Assembly: GCA_002269645.1 (NCBI GenBank)
Contig: NIVC01002146.1
Coordinates: 136,668-200,667, forward strand
Direction: 5' to 3'
Length of the DNA stretch: 64,000 bases
Source of the DNA: Macrostomum lignano
Taxonomy: Eukaryota
Within the stretch, counting starts at the first letter, position 1, and every line of letters begins with the position of its first letter. The notes below the pieces were generated by a model. That model did not search any database. It was not told the origin of the DNA and saw only the letters and a list, made by a program, of their open reading frames with translations. Below, one piece after another: positions 12,240 to 25,600 of the stretch. The position numbers and the translations under genes were made by a program.

Positions 12240-13190
12240 CTTGTGGCATCCTCATCCACAATACCTGTGGCATCCTTATCCACAATACCTGTGGCTTCCT
12301 CATCCACAATACCTGTGGCATCCTCATCCACAATACCTGTGGCTTCCTCATCCACAATACCTGTGGCTTCCTCATCCACAATACCTGTGGCTTCCTCATC
12401 CACAATACCTGTGGCATCCTCATCCACAATACCTGTGGCTTCCTCATCCACAATACCTGTGGCTTCCTCATCCACAATACTTGTGGCATCCTCATCCACA
12501 ATACCTGTGGCTTCCTCATCCACAATACCTGTGGCTTCCTCATCCACAATACTTGTGGCATCCTCATCCACAATACCTGTGGCTTCCTCATCCACAATAC
12601 CTGTGGCTTCCTCATCCACAATACCTGTGGCATCCTCATCCACAATACCTGTGGCATCCTCATCCACAATACCTGTGGCTTCCTCATCCACAATACCTGT
12701 GGCATCCTCATCCACAATACCTGTGGCATCCTCATCCACAATACCTGTGGCATCCTCATCCACAATACTTGTGGCATCCTCATCCACAATACCTGTGGCT
12801 TCCTCATCCACAATACCTGTGGCTTCCTCATCCACAATACTTGTGGCTTCCTCATCCACAATACCTGTGGCATCCTCATCCACAATACCTGTGGCTTCCT
12901 CATCCACAATACCTGTGGCATCCTCATCCACAATACCTGTGGCTTCCTCATCCACAATACCTGTGGCTTCCTCATCCACAATACCTGTGGCTTCCTCATC
13001 CACAATACCTGTGGCTTCCTCATCCACAATACCTGTGGCTTCCTCATCCACAATACCTGTGGCTTCCTCATCCACAATACTTGTGGCATCCTCATCCACA
13101 ATACCTGTGGCTTCCTCATCCACAATACCTGTGGCATCCTCATCCACAATACCTGTGGCATCCTCATCCACAATACCTGTGGCATCTTTG
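12240..13190. repeat. 21-bp minisatellite (CCTCATCCACAATACCTGTGG[A/T]T), ~45 copies
   Basis: Direct inspection; stop-free in five frames because of unit composition. Confidence 0.95.
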
Positions 13191-14191
13191 TCCTAAAAAT
13201 GGCTGCTTCCAAATTGCTTAAATCATAGTCCTCCTTAGGCAGAAAGAGCTTACCAAGAAAAGACGCCACACTGCAAAACTGATATGCATGGCAAAGATGG
13301 CAAAGGACATTCCAGCTTGAGATCTAAGCAGGTGTTGACTGGTATTCTAGATGTGACAGTTTAAAAGCCCAACTCATGCAAACTTTAGGATTGCCATTAG
13401 TTTTAGCGCCATCAGTGATGAAATGATCTAAAGGCTTGTGTCAAAAATGCTTTTTTGGATCAGGAAGTCTTTCAACATATTCAATTTCATGCAGCATGGG
13501 TTCAATTGGCCACTTTTTATATGTCTTATGCTGTGCTAAATGATCCCAATAAGTCTAACGATTGATAGTCATCTTCACACTAAAAAAATGATTGCATACT
13601 GTTTGACTCCATCAGAAGTAGCCATTACAATTGTCTTCCAAGATGGATTCTCCTTTTGGTATTTTTATTTTGTTTCATTCCAATCAATGCATGTCTTTTG
13701 ATACAATTTTAAATGTCTTGTCACTTATGAAGAACACTAGTAGGAATTTGCATTGTTCAAATTGAATGAACATCTAAAATAAGAAATAATGCATGAATTA
13801 GACTTTAGACAACATGTTGTTTTTTTGGCTTATAATTTATACGGATATTTGTTTGGCCCTTTTACTCCCTCTTACATAAATCTTTTAATTCCCACTTAAA
13901 AACTTTTCTTTCTCCCATTCATATAGTCTTCTCCCCTTTCTACCACTTCTATAGTTTTATCTTCTATATCTGCATGTCTAATTTATATCTACTATTCTCC
14001 AATACCTGTCTTTCCTTCTGCTAGAATCTTAGCTAAACTGACTACTTAGATGGGCAATCCTTTTAGGTTATAAGTTAATTCTTAATTCAAAGATAAAATC
14101 CACTTGCTAGGCTGTAAATTATTCAGCAACAGCCATTTAGCCTCCTATTTTGCTTTCATGTATTTTTCATAAATTTATTTTGATCTGGCAG

Positions 14192-15215
14192 GCCGCCCCT
14201 AGGCGGACCAGGCGGTTCCTTTGGTCCAGCGCCTCTGCGTCCGCCGCCGATGCAGCAGCAGCAGCAGCAGCAGCAGAGCTTCCGCGGTCCTCCGCCTAGA
14301 GGTCCTCCACCGCGGGGACCGCCGCCTAACAGCGCCGGAATCCGTAGTGGCGGCGGCAGCGGGGGCGGAGGTGGCGGAGGAGGCAGCCTGCCGCCTATGC
14401 TTCGCGGCCAGCCGCCTCCTGGCTGGCGGCCTCCGATAAGTGGCCCGCCGCCATCGCCGCAGCAGCAGCGCGGCGCTCCCCCGCCGCTTGGCGGCCTGAG
14501 CGGATCCCGGCCGATGCCACCGGGCGGGGTTGGGCCTCCGCAGCAGCAGCAGCAGCAGCCTCGCCCTCCAATGCCAGGCCAGGGTGGCTCCGGCCAGCAG
14601 CAGCAGTCGGGGATGCCACCAGCGCCGCCAAACCTTAGCGTGCCGCCGCCCGGCATGCCGACAGACCGGTCCGGGATGCCGCCTCCGCCCGGCTTCATGC
14701 CCTCCGGCCCGCCGCCGCCCACGCCAGTCTCTATGGTTGGCGGCGGCTCCGGGGGGCCGCCCGGCCAGCATGCCATGCAGCAGCCGCCGCCGCACATGGC
14801 CTCGCCTATGGGTCTGCGCGGGGCCCCGCCGCCCGGCATGCCACCGCATCGGCAGCAGGCGCCGCCGCAGCATTTGATGCCGAATCAGAATTCCTCCTCA
14901 TCCGGGATGATGCGGCCGCCTATGCCGCACATGATGGGCGGCCCGATGCAGCAGCAGCAGCAGCCTCATCCGCAGCATCTCGGCCCTCCCGGCTACGGAA
15001 TGCCGCCGCCGTCGTTTGGTGGCCCGCCGCCGCCTCATCTGATGGGCCCGCCGCCCAACTCCATGATGGGCGGCGCCCCGCCGCCGCCGCCTCCGCCGCC
15101 GCCAGAGAATGTGTGGGTTGAGAACTGCACGCCGGAAGGAAAGCCGTACTTTTATCATCTGCGCAGCCGCGAGACTCGCTGGGAACGGCCTGAAGGGGCT
15201 CGGATTATGACTCAG
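14192..15215 (+). CDS. TCERG1: TCERG1 exon (Pro/Gln/Gly-rich region + WW1)
   Basis: Acceptor ctggcag|G, donor CAG|GTAGGC; WW1 '[27 protein letters not shown]'. Confidence 0.9.
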
Positions 15216-16584
15216 GTAGGCATGACTGCTCCGATAGCAACCAGACCATGTAAGCTGGCAGACAGATTTAAATACGAGGGGTGATCAAAAAGTTCTGCAA
15301 CCTCTTGTTATAGCTTTTAATTATAGAATCGGCAAAAGCCAAAAACTTACACATATGCGGCTATATCTGTTTGCTATATTAATATGCATTTTTGGCTTCC
15401 AAATATGCTCCAGTCAAATTTCAAAGCCATATATTTTCCATGTGTTTTCAGTAGCTGATGGAAACATCAAAAGACAGCGTTCGCTTCTATATCTTTATGT
15501 GCATGTAACTTGGTTGCAAAGTGACTGAGATTCACACCGATCTGGTGAATGTTTTAGCTAACTCTGCTCCATCATTTGACACGGTTGCCCGCTGGCTGCG
15601 CCATTTCTTGGAAGGCTGGCACAGCTTCAACGCTGAACCGAGGTCTGGCCGACCCCGCACATCCGTGACCGAAGATGTCGTGGCCCATGCCAATGCAATA
15701 ATTCATGAGTATTGGAGCATTACGCTAAGATTCCTTGCCTATGAGCTTAGTGTCAGCTATGGAAGTGCTCATAACATCATGCATGAGCAACTGGGCCGCA
15801 CAAAGACCTGCGCTCGGTGGGTACCCCATCTTCTCACTCCGGAGCAGCAAGCAGAGAGGGTGCGCATCTGTCGCTTGTGGGTGCAAATGTTTGAGCCCCA
15901 CGGCCCACGACGACTGTCGGATGTCATCACAGGAGAAGAATGTTGGATCTCCTTCTTTTACCATGAAGGATAAGCAGTTTAACATGGTCTGGCTGGCAGA
16001 AGATGAGCCCGAGGCCCAAGGTGCTGAAGACCGGATTCCGCAGTCGGAAGCGGATATTCACCATTTTTTCAACTCTCAGGGTGTTGTATCGGTAAACATC
16101 CTTCCAGCGGGTGCCACAGTGACTGCCAGGTACTACACAGACACTGTTCTGCCAGGCGTGCTGCAGGAGCGGCAGGAACGTGCGCGAACCAGACATAGAC
16201 CTCGACTCCTGCTGCACCATGACAATGCGGATCAAATCCGTCATTTCTGGGAGGCCGTTTTCACACATACAAGACCTTGACCAAGCGGTACATTCAGCTC
16301 TATCGGGTATACCAACTTCGGAGTACCATGACTGCTTTCAGACATGGTGCATACGCATTGCGATGGTGCATAGATAGTGGTGGAAAGTACTTTGAGAGAA
16401 TGTGACACTGATTAGACGCCGTGGTTGCTGTAACACTGAGTTGTGAGGTCACTTGCAGAACTTTTTGATCACCCCTCGTATGCAATAGGAATGTAGGTAA
16501 CCGATTAGTAAGATGATTAGTAAGATGAAAGCGTATAGCCAAATCGTGAGGTGGTCAGACAGATCTGCTGATAATAGTCATGTG

Positions 16585-16650
<66 letters not shown>

Positions 16651-19600
16651 GAGACGCTGCACCATTTTTCAGGCGGAGGTCGACGCTGTAGCCGAAGGCG
16701 CCCCTCCAGGCGCGGCGGCTGGCGGCCCCATGTCTGCCGGAGGGTCGGCCGTCCGATCCGGCATGCCGCCGGCGACTTCGGCTCCGCCTCTGTTCGGCAT
16801 GTCCGGCGGGCTGCTAACCATGAGCCAGCAACAGCAGCAGCAGCCGCCGCCGCCCAACGGTCCCGCCAAGCCGCCAGAAGTGGCCGAATGGGCCGAGTAC
16901 CGGGCGGACGATGGCCGGCCATATTATCACAACCTGCGCACCAGCGAGACCGTCTGGGAGAAGCCGGCCCCGCTGCTAGCCTGGGAGGCCGGCGGCAAGC
17001 CGCCTGCGCCAGCCGCGGCACCGCCGCCTATTATGAAAGAGACTCAGGCGGCGGCTTCCTTGACGGCGGCCAAAGATGGAGCAGTTCCGACCAGCGTTGC
17101 CACGACTGGCGTCAGTCAGCAGGTGGCGGAGGTGGACAAGCGACAAGCGGCTGCTCAGTCTCAGCAGCAGCAGCAGGACAAGTCCCGGCCCGTGAAGAGC
17201 CAGCCGGTGCCCGGCACCCCCTGGTGTGTTGTTTGGACAGGCGACGATCGGGTGTTCTTCTTCAATCCATCCAAGCGGCTGTCGCTGTGGGACCGGCCGG
17301 AGGAGCTGGTTGGCGTCAAGGAGGTCGAAAAAATTCTCGGCAAAGGCGCGGCAGCGGAGAAACGCGCGGCCGGCAAATCGGCCACCGGCGCGTCGGCAGC
17401 TAAAAAAAAGAAAGTCTCTTCTGCTAAGCTTGATACAAAAAAGAAGAAGACCGCCGACGGCCAGAAGAAGAAGAAAAGAAAGCGCAGCGGCTCGGACGAC
17501 GACGATGACGATGAAGAAGACGGCGAATACGACGAGTCCGGCACCGACGAGGACGGCGACGATTCCAATGACGACGACGACGATGACGATGACGAGGATC
17601 GAAGAAAGGCGAAGCGGCGCCGCCGGGCCGCTGCCGAGAAGAAGCGGCAGCAGCTGCAGAAGAAGCGACGCCGAGACAGCGGCAGCAGCGGCTCTAATCA
17701 GGATGACGACGACGAGGACGACGATGAGGACAAAGAAGACAAGGAGGACGAGGAGAACGAGGACCTCGGCGAAGATGACGATGACGACAAGCCGCTGCTG
17801 GAGCGGGACAAGATTGAGCCGGGAAAGGTAAACGCGTTCGAGGCGGAGGTGCAGGCGGCGCGGGAGCGGGCCAGCCTGCCGTTGGACGCCCGGATGCAGC
17901 AGTTCCGGGAGATGCTGGCGGAGAAGCAGGTGTCAGCTTTCAGCACTTGGGACAAAGAGCTGCACAAGATCGTGTTTGACCCGCGCTATCTGCTGCTGCC
18001 CAGCAAGGAGCGCAAGCTGGTGTTCGACCAGTACATGAAGGAGAGGGCCGAGGAGGAGCGGCTGGAGAAGAACAGGAAGCTGAGGGAGAAGAAGGAGGCC
18101 TACAAAGCGCTGCTCGAGGAGGCTAAAGTTAGCGCCAAGTGAGTAGCGGATTAGTTTAGTTTATTAGTGATTTAAGGTAAAGGCCATTGTTCTAACTTTT
18201 TAAAAAGGTATATGGAAAATGCCTTCCGTAAAATGCCTTTGTAAATATCAAAGTCGTTTTCGCACTACCAAAGTTGGCCAATTTATTAGCAGACTCAAAT
18301 CCAGTGTTTCACGCATCCTATCTGTACAGGTGTCGTTTTCAAAACTTATTCTGTTGAACAGAACCTTGCTTACATTGAAAAAACGAAGACACAAACACTG
18401 TTGCGAGAGTGAGAAAGTAGATCACTGTAAGAATATTGGTCGGTGCCAGTCAGACTTTTGACTAAAAATACTTGAATCGATGTACATAAAAACACAAACC
18501 TAGTCTCAGTGGGGGCCCATCACAAGCTCGAAAAATCACATCGTCGAAAAGTTTAGCAACCACCATCACAAGCTCGAAAAGTCACATCGTCGAAAAGTAG
18601 GGTTACGGTTTAGGGTTAGGTTAGGGGTTAGGGTTAGGTTAGGGGTTAGGGTTAGTGTCTTAGGGTTAGGGTTCAGGGTTAGGTTAGGGTTAGAGTTGGT
18701 GCCTTAGGATTAGGGTTAGAGCTAGAGATGGTGGTTGCTAAATCAGTTTTCGACGATGTGACTTTTCGAGCTAGAGATGGTGGTTGCTAAATCAGTTTTC
18801 GACGATGTGACTTTTCGAGCTAGAGATGGTGGTTGCTAAATCAGTTTTCGACGATGTGACTTTTCGAGCTAGAGATGGTGGTTGCTAAATCAGTTTTCGA
18901 CGATGTGACTTTTCGAGCTAGAGATGGTGGTTGCTAAATCAGTTTTCGACGATGTGACTTTTCGAGCTAGAGATGGTGGTTGCTAAATCAGTTTTCGACG
19001 ATGTGACTTTTCGAGCTAGAGATGGTGGTTGCTAAATCAGTTTTCGACGATGTGACTTTTCGAGCTAGAGATGGTGGTTGCTAAATCAGTTTTCGACGAT
19101 GTGACTTTTCGAGCTTGTGACTTTTCAAGCTTGTGATGGTGGTTGCTAAATCAGTTTTCGACGATGTGACTTTTCGAGCTAGAGATGGTGGTTGCTAAAT
19201 CAGTTTTCGACGATGTGACTTTTCGAGCTAGAGATGGTGGTTGCTAAATCAGTTTTCGACGATGTGACTTTTCGAGCTTGTGACTTTTCAAGCTTGTGAT
19301 GGTGGTTGCTAAATCAGTTTTCGACGATGTGACTTTTCGAGCTTGTGATGGAACCCTGTTTACGACGATGTGATTTTTCGAGCTTATGATGGCGACCCGT
19401 CTCAGTGCTCAACTGCAAAATTGCTTTAAACTGTTCTTGCTTGAGTCCAATTTATTTATTAATAGTTTAATCAACAGCCAGTCGCCCTGCAGATGACTAA
19501 CCCGTTGAAAACTTTACCGTGCTTAGGAGAGTCGCAAAAAAGTCGTCCTAAATTCGTGTTAGCGCTTAACTTTCTACCAACTCTAGTAGACTCGATCGAT

Positions 19601-22600
19601 AAAGTGACGCAGATGCACTTTAGACGCAACTCAGTGATTCCACAGCGACTCTACGACCCCAGAGTCAGTTGCGTCGCCCCAGAGTCGCAGACAATAAAAC
19701 GCCTTAGTTTGACTCCTAGGCGACTTTTTGACGACTTTTTGGCGACTTGTAGTTGTAACGCGACGTCACGTCGTTTTAGAGTCGTCTAAAGTTCTTTCCT
19801 ATTTAATGTTACCTGCAACGAATCTTGGGCGACGCAAGAGACTCTGGGACGCTACTTGGCCTCGAAACCCCTCCAAAATAACACCTATTTTGATAACACC
19901 AATAATCTTTCTAATGCTTTTAAAGGCAGATTCTATCCCTCTGAGTTAAGTTACTTCTTCATCTGTAAATGATCTTTGGTTTTCTATTATTGGTTTCATT
20001 TAGTGCCTATATTATCGCCAACTTGCAGAACCACGTTCCAGGACTTCTCGGCCAGATGGGGCAAAGACGACCGGTTCAAGGGCATCGAAAAGGCTCGCGA
20101 ACGGGAGCTGCTGTTTCACGATTACATCACGGAGGATTTGAAGAAACAGGAGAGGGAGGAGAGGCAGCGTGAGAAGGAAAAGGTGAGTCCAAATTATTGG
20201 GATAAGTTTTGTGCATTCTTAACAAACAATTTCCATGTCTGCTTGGCATAATTAACTAAGGTTTAGTGATAGTTATATGGAAGAATATGTTTGTATTCGT
20301 GTCTGGATTGCCCGGGCCTAGCTGTCAGGGAGTTGGGTCTATCTGGACTTTTGTAGAGTGGGTGGGTGTTTGAAGGAGTAGGGTGGGTATTTAAAGGAGT
20401 GGGGTGGGTGTTTGAAGGAGTGGGGTGGGTGTTTGAAGGAGTGGGTAGGTGTTTGAAGGAGTGGGTAGGTGTTTGAAGGAGTGCGTGGGTGTTTGAAGGA
20501 GGGGGTGGGTGTTTGAAAGAGTGGGGTGGGTGTTTGAAGGAGTGGGGTGGGTGTTTGAAGGAGTGGGGTGGGTGTTTGAAGGAGTGGTTGGGTGTTTGAA
20601 GGAGTGGTTGGGTGTTTGAAGGAGTGGAGTAGATGTTTTAAAGAGTGGGGTGGGTGTTTGAAGAGTGGGGTGGGTGTTTGAAGAGTGGGGTGGGTGTTTG
20701 AAGGAGTGGTTGGGTGTTTGAAGGAGTGGTTGGGTGTTTGAAGGAGTGGTTGGGTGTTTGAAGGAGTGGTTGGGTGTTTGAAGGAGTGGTTGGGTGTTTG
20801 AAGGAGTGGTTGGGTGTTTGAAGGAGTGGTTGGGTGTTTGAAGGAGTGGTTGGGTGTTTGAAGGAGTGGTTGGGTGTTTGAAGGAGTGGTTGGGTGTTTG
20901 AAGGAGTGGTTGGGTGTTTGAAGGAGTGGTTGGGTGTTTGAAGGAGTGGTTGGGTGTTTGAAGGAGTGGTTGGGTGTTTGAAGGAGTGGTTGGGTGTTTG
21001 AAGGAGTGGAGTAGATGTTTTAAAGAGTGGGGTGGGTGTTTGAAGAGTGGGGTGGGTGTTTGAAGAGTGGAGTGGGTGTTTGAAGGAGTGGTTGGGTGTT
21101 TGAAGGAGTGGAGTAGATGTTTTAAAGAGTGGGGTGGGTGTTTGAAGAGTGGAGTGGGTGTTTGAAGAAGTGGTTGGGTGTTTAAAAGAGTGAGGGGTGT
21201 TTGGATGTATGAGGAGAGGATTGGGATGTCTAGAAATGAGTGGCGTGTCTAGATAGAATAGTGGATGTCTAGAGAGAGGAGTGGCGTGTCTAGATAGAAG
21301 AGTGGGTTGTCTGGAGAGAGAGAAGTGGGGTGTTCGGAGAGTGGAGTGAGATGTCTGGAGAGAGAGGAGTGGGGTGTCTGGAGAGAGGAGTGAGGTGTCT
21401 GGAGAGAGGAGTGAGATGTCTGGAGAGAGAGGAGTGGGGTGTCTGGCGAGAGGAGTGAGGTGTCTGGAGAGAGAGGAGTGGGGTGTCTGGAGTAAGAGGA
21501 GTGAGGTGTCTGGAGAGAGAGGAGTGAGGTGTCTGGAGAGAGAGGAGTGAGGTGTCTGGAGAGAGAGGAGTGGAGTGTCTGGAGAGAGGAGTGAGGTGTC
21601 TGGAGAGAGATGAGTGGGGTGTCTGGAGAGAGAGGAGTGGGGTGTCTGGAGAGAGGAGTGAGGTGTCTGGAGAGAGAGGAGTGGGATATCTGGAGAAAGT
21701 TAAGCGAGTAGTTCGCAGTGCGAATTGGTTTCTGAAATCTCATTATGCGCCGAAGCTTGACGCGCCTGTCTCAAGTAAATGACGCTCAAACACCAAAGCT
21801 AGCCGAAGAATTTAATGAATAATCTATATTGTTCCTATGCACATCGAACTGCGTAGTCGCATGTGCCACTCCATTGGCTATCCTTAGTAGTAAATGTGTC
21901 ACATTTTACTGATTGCTATGTTCTGTTTGTTCACAGCGAATATTTCTGTCGCTTGAACTAACTGTATTGATTTTTTCGTTACAACAAGTTTATTGCTTTT
22001 TACACACAAGCTTCAACAACTCGCGTATTAATAAATTAATGGATTCATGAGTCGAGGAACTGTGGAAAAATATTTAACTTAGTGTACTATCATGAGCATT
22101 CGTTTGCTAATTGAATTTCTGTAGTACTGTTTCTATTTCATGAGTGCATAAGTAGTAAAGACAGGATAATTTTATTTGAGACTTATTAGGTAATTTAAGA
22201 GAACAGGTTAGTAATAAATTGTATATTAGAATTGCATATATTCATTACCAGAGCTGGAATACTGACTACTTTTACTAGGCTAATTTTTCAGTCCGTATTT
22301 TTTCTACTAAGAGGAATTCACCACACAGTTTTATTTGCACTACATGTACTACTACAATGCCGGCACGCGAAATTCCAGAATGCTGTCCTAATATTGTGCG
22401 GGCATTCATAAGCATCGAGATATTTAATGGCTCTTTCATGGCAGGATTTTTCCCTAGGTACGAAAATGCCAACCAGTTATTAGGATAACTTGATGGGCCA
22501 CTTGATGCATATCATTGCTTAGTGTAAAATAGCTTCTCTACTTCAGTTCAGTAGCAAGGAAGAATTTGTAAGCTTTTTATGAAAAGAAAGACTACTGACT

Positions 22601-25600
22601 TGCAGACGTAAGGAACTCGCTATTGGTGCGCAGTTATAAATGTACATTAGCTAGCGCTACTGAAATGTACATGGCAGGCAGATTTAGACTAGAACACCAA
22701 GGAAGGCAATAAAAACTGGGCGGCGGGGCGGGGGTAGAGATTTTTAGGGTTCAGCTGGGAGGGCCAATAAACGAGCCTTTGTGTGTGTACATGGCAGATT
22801 GGGCCTAAGGGTTAAGAGGGCTATTAAATGTGTCTCTATAGTATTCTAGGCTGTAAGCCCCGAGAAAGATTAAAAACAAGGCAAGCCAGGGGTCAATAAA
22901 CGAGTCGTTCCCTAAAGTACATTAAAAATGTTTCTATTTGACTTTCTACTGAACTGAAAGTAGCTTACACAGAAATTTGTTAAAATATATAGTATCTGTT
23001 GTTCCAATCCAATTTGGCAACATCCGTTATATGACTTGCGTAGATTTGCTTTAGATTTGTAACATTATAAATTATAACGCATACGATACTTAGAGAATTT
23101 TACGCTATTCGTCATTTCCCACAAAGTCCCACATGAGCAGCTTAGATAGATTTTATTAATTCAGTTATCGAACTCTTATAGGTATAATAGTTAGGACATT
23201 CCAATCTCGTAACAATCAAACGAGTCAGTTTTATTAATCAAACAAACAAATAATTCAATTACTTACTTACGTGAGAGAAAAAAACAAGCAGATTACAGAA
23301 TTTATCCATCACATTAATGCTTTTATTTGCTTCTTTTATCAAGTGCTAGTAGTATGTACATCATATTCTATTTTGGTTGATTATTTGAATTCTTGTACCG
23401 TGCGTTCGTGACCCATGCCATACGCGCTCCTTGCTCCGACTGTTAAACTAAGCGAAACTAATAGCACCGCAGCTTCTCATTTGTCGCATTCCGACCCACC
23501 CTGTCTCTTTCTCTTTCTATCCAATCGCTAATATTATTGCTCACCCGTGACGGACGAACGGCAGACATCTATGGCGCCATTGCTTGACACTGCCGAAGAG
23601 TGAAAGATGAGAAAATCAAGGTTTGTGCCACGAATCTGTCTGCATTGCAATTCTAAGGGGCAAGAATTGGAAGTCCTGTGTTAGCATTTTACCTTTCGGG
23701 CTGCAAGCAAGCCCGGTTGAGACTTCGGAGGATCAATAAGTTTTGCTCGATTGTTCGCTTCTCTAATTCCCCTTCCAGTACTGAAGTACTAAGTTATTTG
23801 TCTCGCATTCTGAGTACTGTTTTTGAATAAAAGCCCTTTTTTAACAAAACAAATAGGCTATAAACCAGCAAATGTGAATGTACTCCTATGTCAAGTAATG
23901 TGTACACTGCGCGTCATTCAATTTTTTATTGAGTGATATTCAATGTACATTGCGTGTCGTGCAATATACACTGCGCGACAATGTACATCAGTGTCAATCA
24001 GTGTACATTGCGTGTCAATCAATGTACAGGCATATAATATTTCGTATAGTACCGTATGTACTTAAAATAAAATTAATTATTCTTAACTTTGACAATTTTA
24101 CTGTAAAATAGATATATTCTGTTTAATTTTGTGTGCACAGGTTGTTATTAAAACTTTTAATAATCGCCTGTCTGTGCTATTTCTGTGTTTGCGCGTGCCT
24201 GGCTGCAGAGGATGAGGTACTTTAATCTTCGGTCGGGTGGCTTGATTGATATTTATATCGAGTGCCCATACTGACAACTTGTCACTCTCGTGTTTTGCAA
24301 TCTACTTGAAATGTTGCCATTGATTGTTCTACTGTTAGTTTTGCATATTTAATAATGAAATTTATTTAATTTTTATAGGTAGATCAATCTAATTTAGGTC
24401 CTGATCATTCTGATAGTTAATAATTGCTTATATTTTCATATTTCGTTAACCAGTCATACCATACCAGTCTCAGGTTATGTCTACCATTCTTCAGGTTATG
24501 TCTACCATTCTTCAGGTTATGTCTACCATTCTTCAGGTTATGTCTACCATTCTTCAGGTTATGTCTGCCATTCTTCAGGGTATGTCTGCCATTCTTCAGG
24601 TTATGTCTGCCATTCTTCAGGTTATGTCTACCATTCTTCAGGTTATGTCTGCCATTCTTCAGGGTATGTCTGCCATTCTTCAGGGTATGTCTACCATTCT
24701 TCAGGGTATGTCTGCCATTCTTCAGGTTATGTCTGCCATTCTTCAGGTTATGTCTACCATTCTTCAGGTTATGTCTACCATTCTTCAGGTTATGTCTGCC
24801 ATTCTTCAGGGTATGTCTGCCATTCTTCAGGTTATGTCTGCCATTCTTCAGGTTATGTCTGCCATTCTTCAGGTTATGTCTGCCATTCTTCAGGTTATGT
24901 CTACCATTCTTCAGGTTATGTCGACCATTCTTCATGTTATGTCTACCATTCTTCAGGTTATGTCTGCCATTCTTCAGGTTATGTCTGCCATTCTTCAGGT
25001 TATGTCTACCATTCTTCAGGTTATGTCTACCATTCTTCAGGTTATGTCTACCATTCTTCAGGTTATGTCTGCCATTCTTCAGGTTATGTCTACCATTCTT
25101 CAGGTTATGTCTACCATTCTTCAGGTTATGTCTGCCATTCTTCAGGTTATGTCTGCCATTCTTCAGGTTATGTCTACCATTCTTCAGGTTATGTCTACCA
25201 TTCTTCAGGTTATGTCTACCATTCTTCAGGTTATGTCTGCCATTCTTCAGGGTATGTCTGCCATTCTTCAGGTTATGTCTGCCATTCTTCAGGTTATGTC
25301 TACCATTCTTCAGGTTATGTCTACCATTCTTCAGGGTATGTCTGCCATTCTTCAGGGTATGTCTGCCATTCTTCAGGTTATGTCTGCCATTCTTCAGGTT
25401 ATGTCTACCATTCTTCAGGTTATGTCTACCATTCTTCAGGGTATGTCTGCCATTCTTCAGGGTATGTCTGCCATTCTTCAGGTTATGTCTGCCATTCTTC
25501 AGGTTATGTCTACCATTCTTCAGGTTATGTCTACCATTTTTCAGGTTATGTCTACGATTCTTCAGAATGTGCCTTACCATTCTTCACGTTGGATGTCTGC

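Larger units (their letters stand above)
18511..19398. mobile_element. MITE/foldback element containing telomere-like repeats and a 49-bp tandem array
   Basis: Imperfect TIRs GGGGGCCCATCACAAGCTCGAAAAATCACATCGTCG / reverse complement at right end; 8-bp TSD GTCTCAGT at 18503-18510 and 19399-19406 (9 bp if the flanking G is counted). Confidence 0.8.

Noticed and set aside
12175-13269. Five long ORFs over the 21-bp array
   Set aside because: Open only because the unit lacks stops; treated as repeat (the acidic frame is noted separately as a speculative finding).
18719-19345. Regular repeats superficially like a CRISPR array (also 26270-26820, 43104-43800)
   Set aside because: Head-to-tail units with no unique spacers, eukaryotic context, no cas genes.
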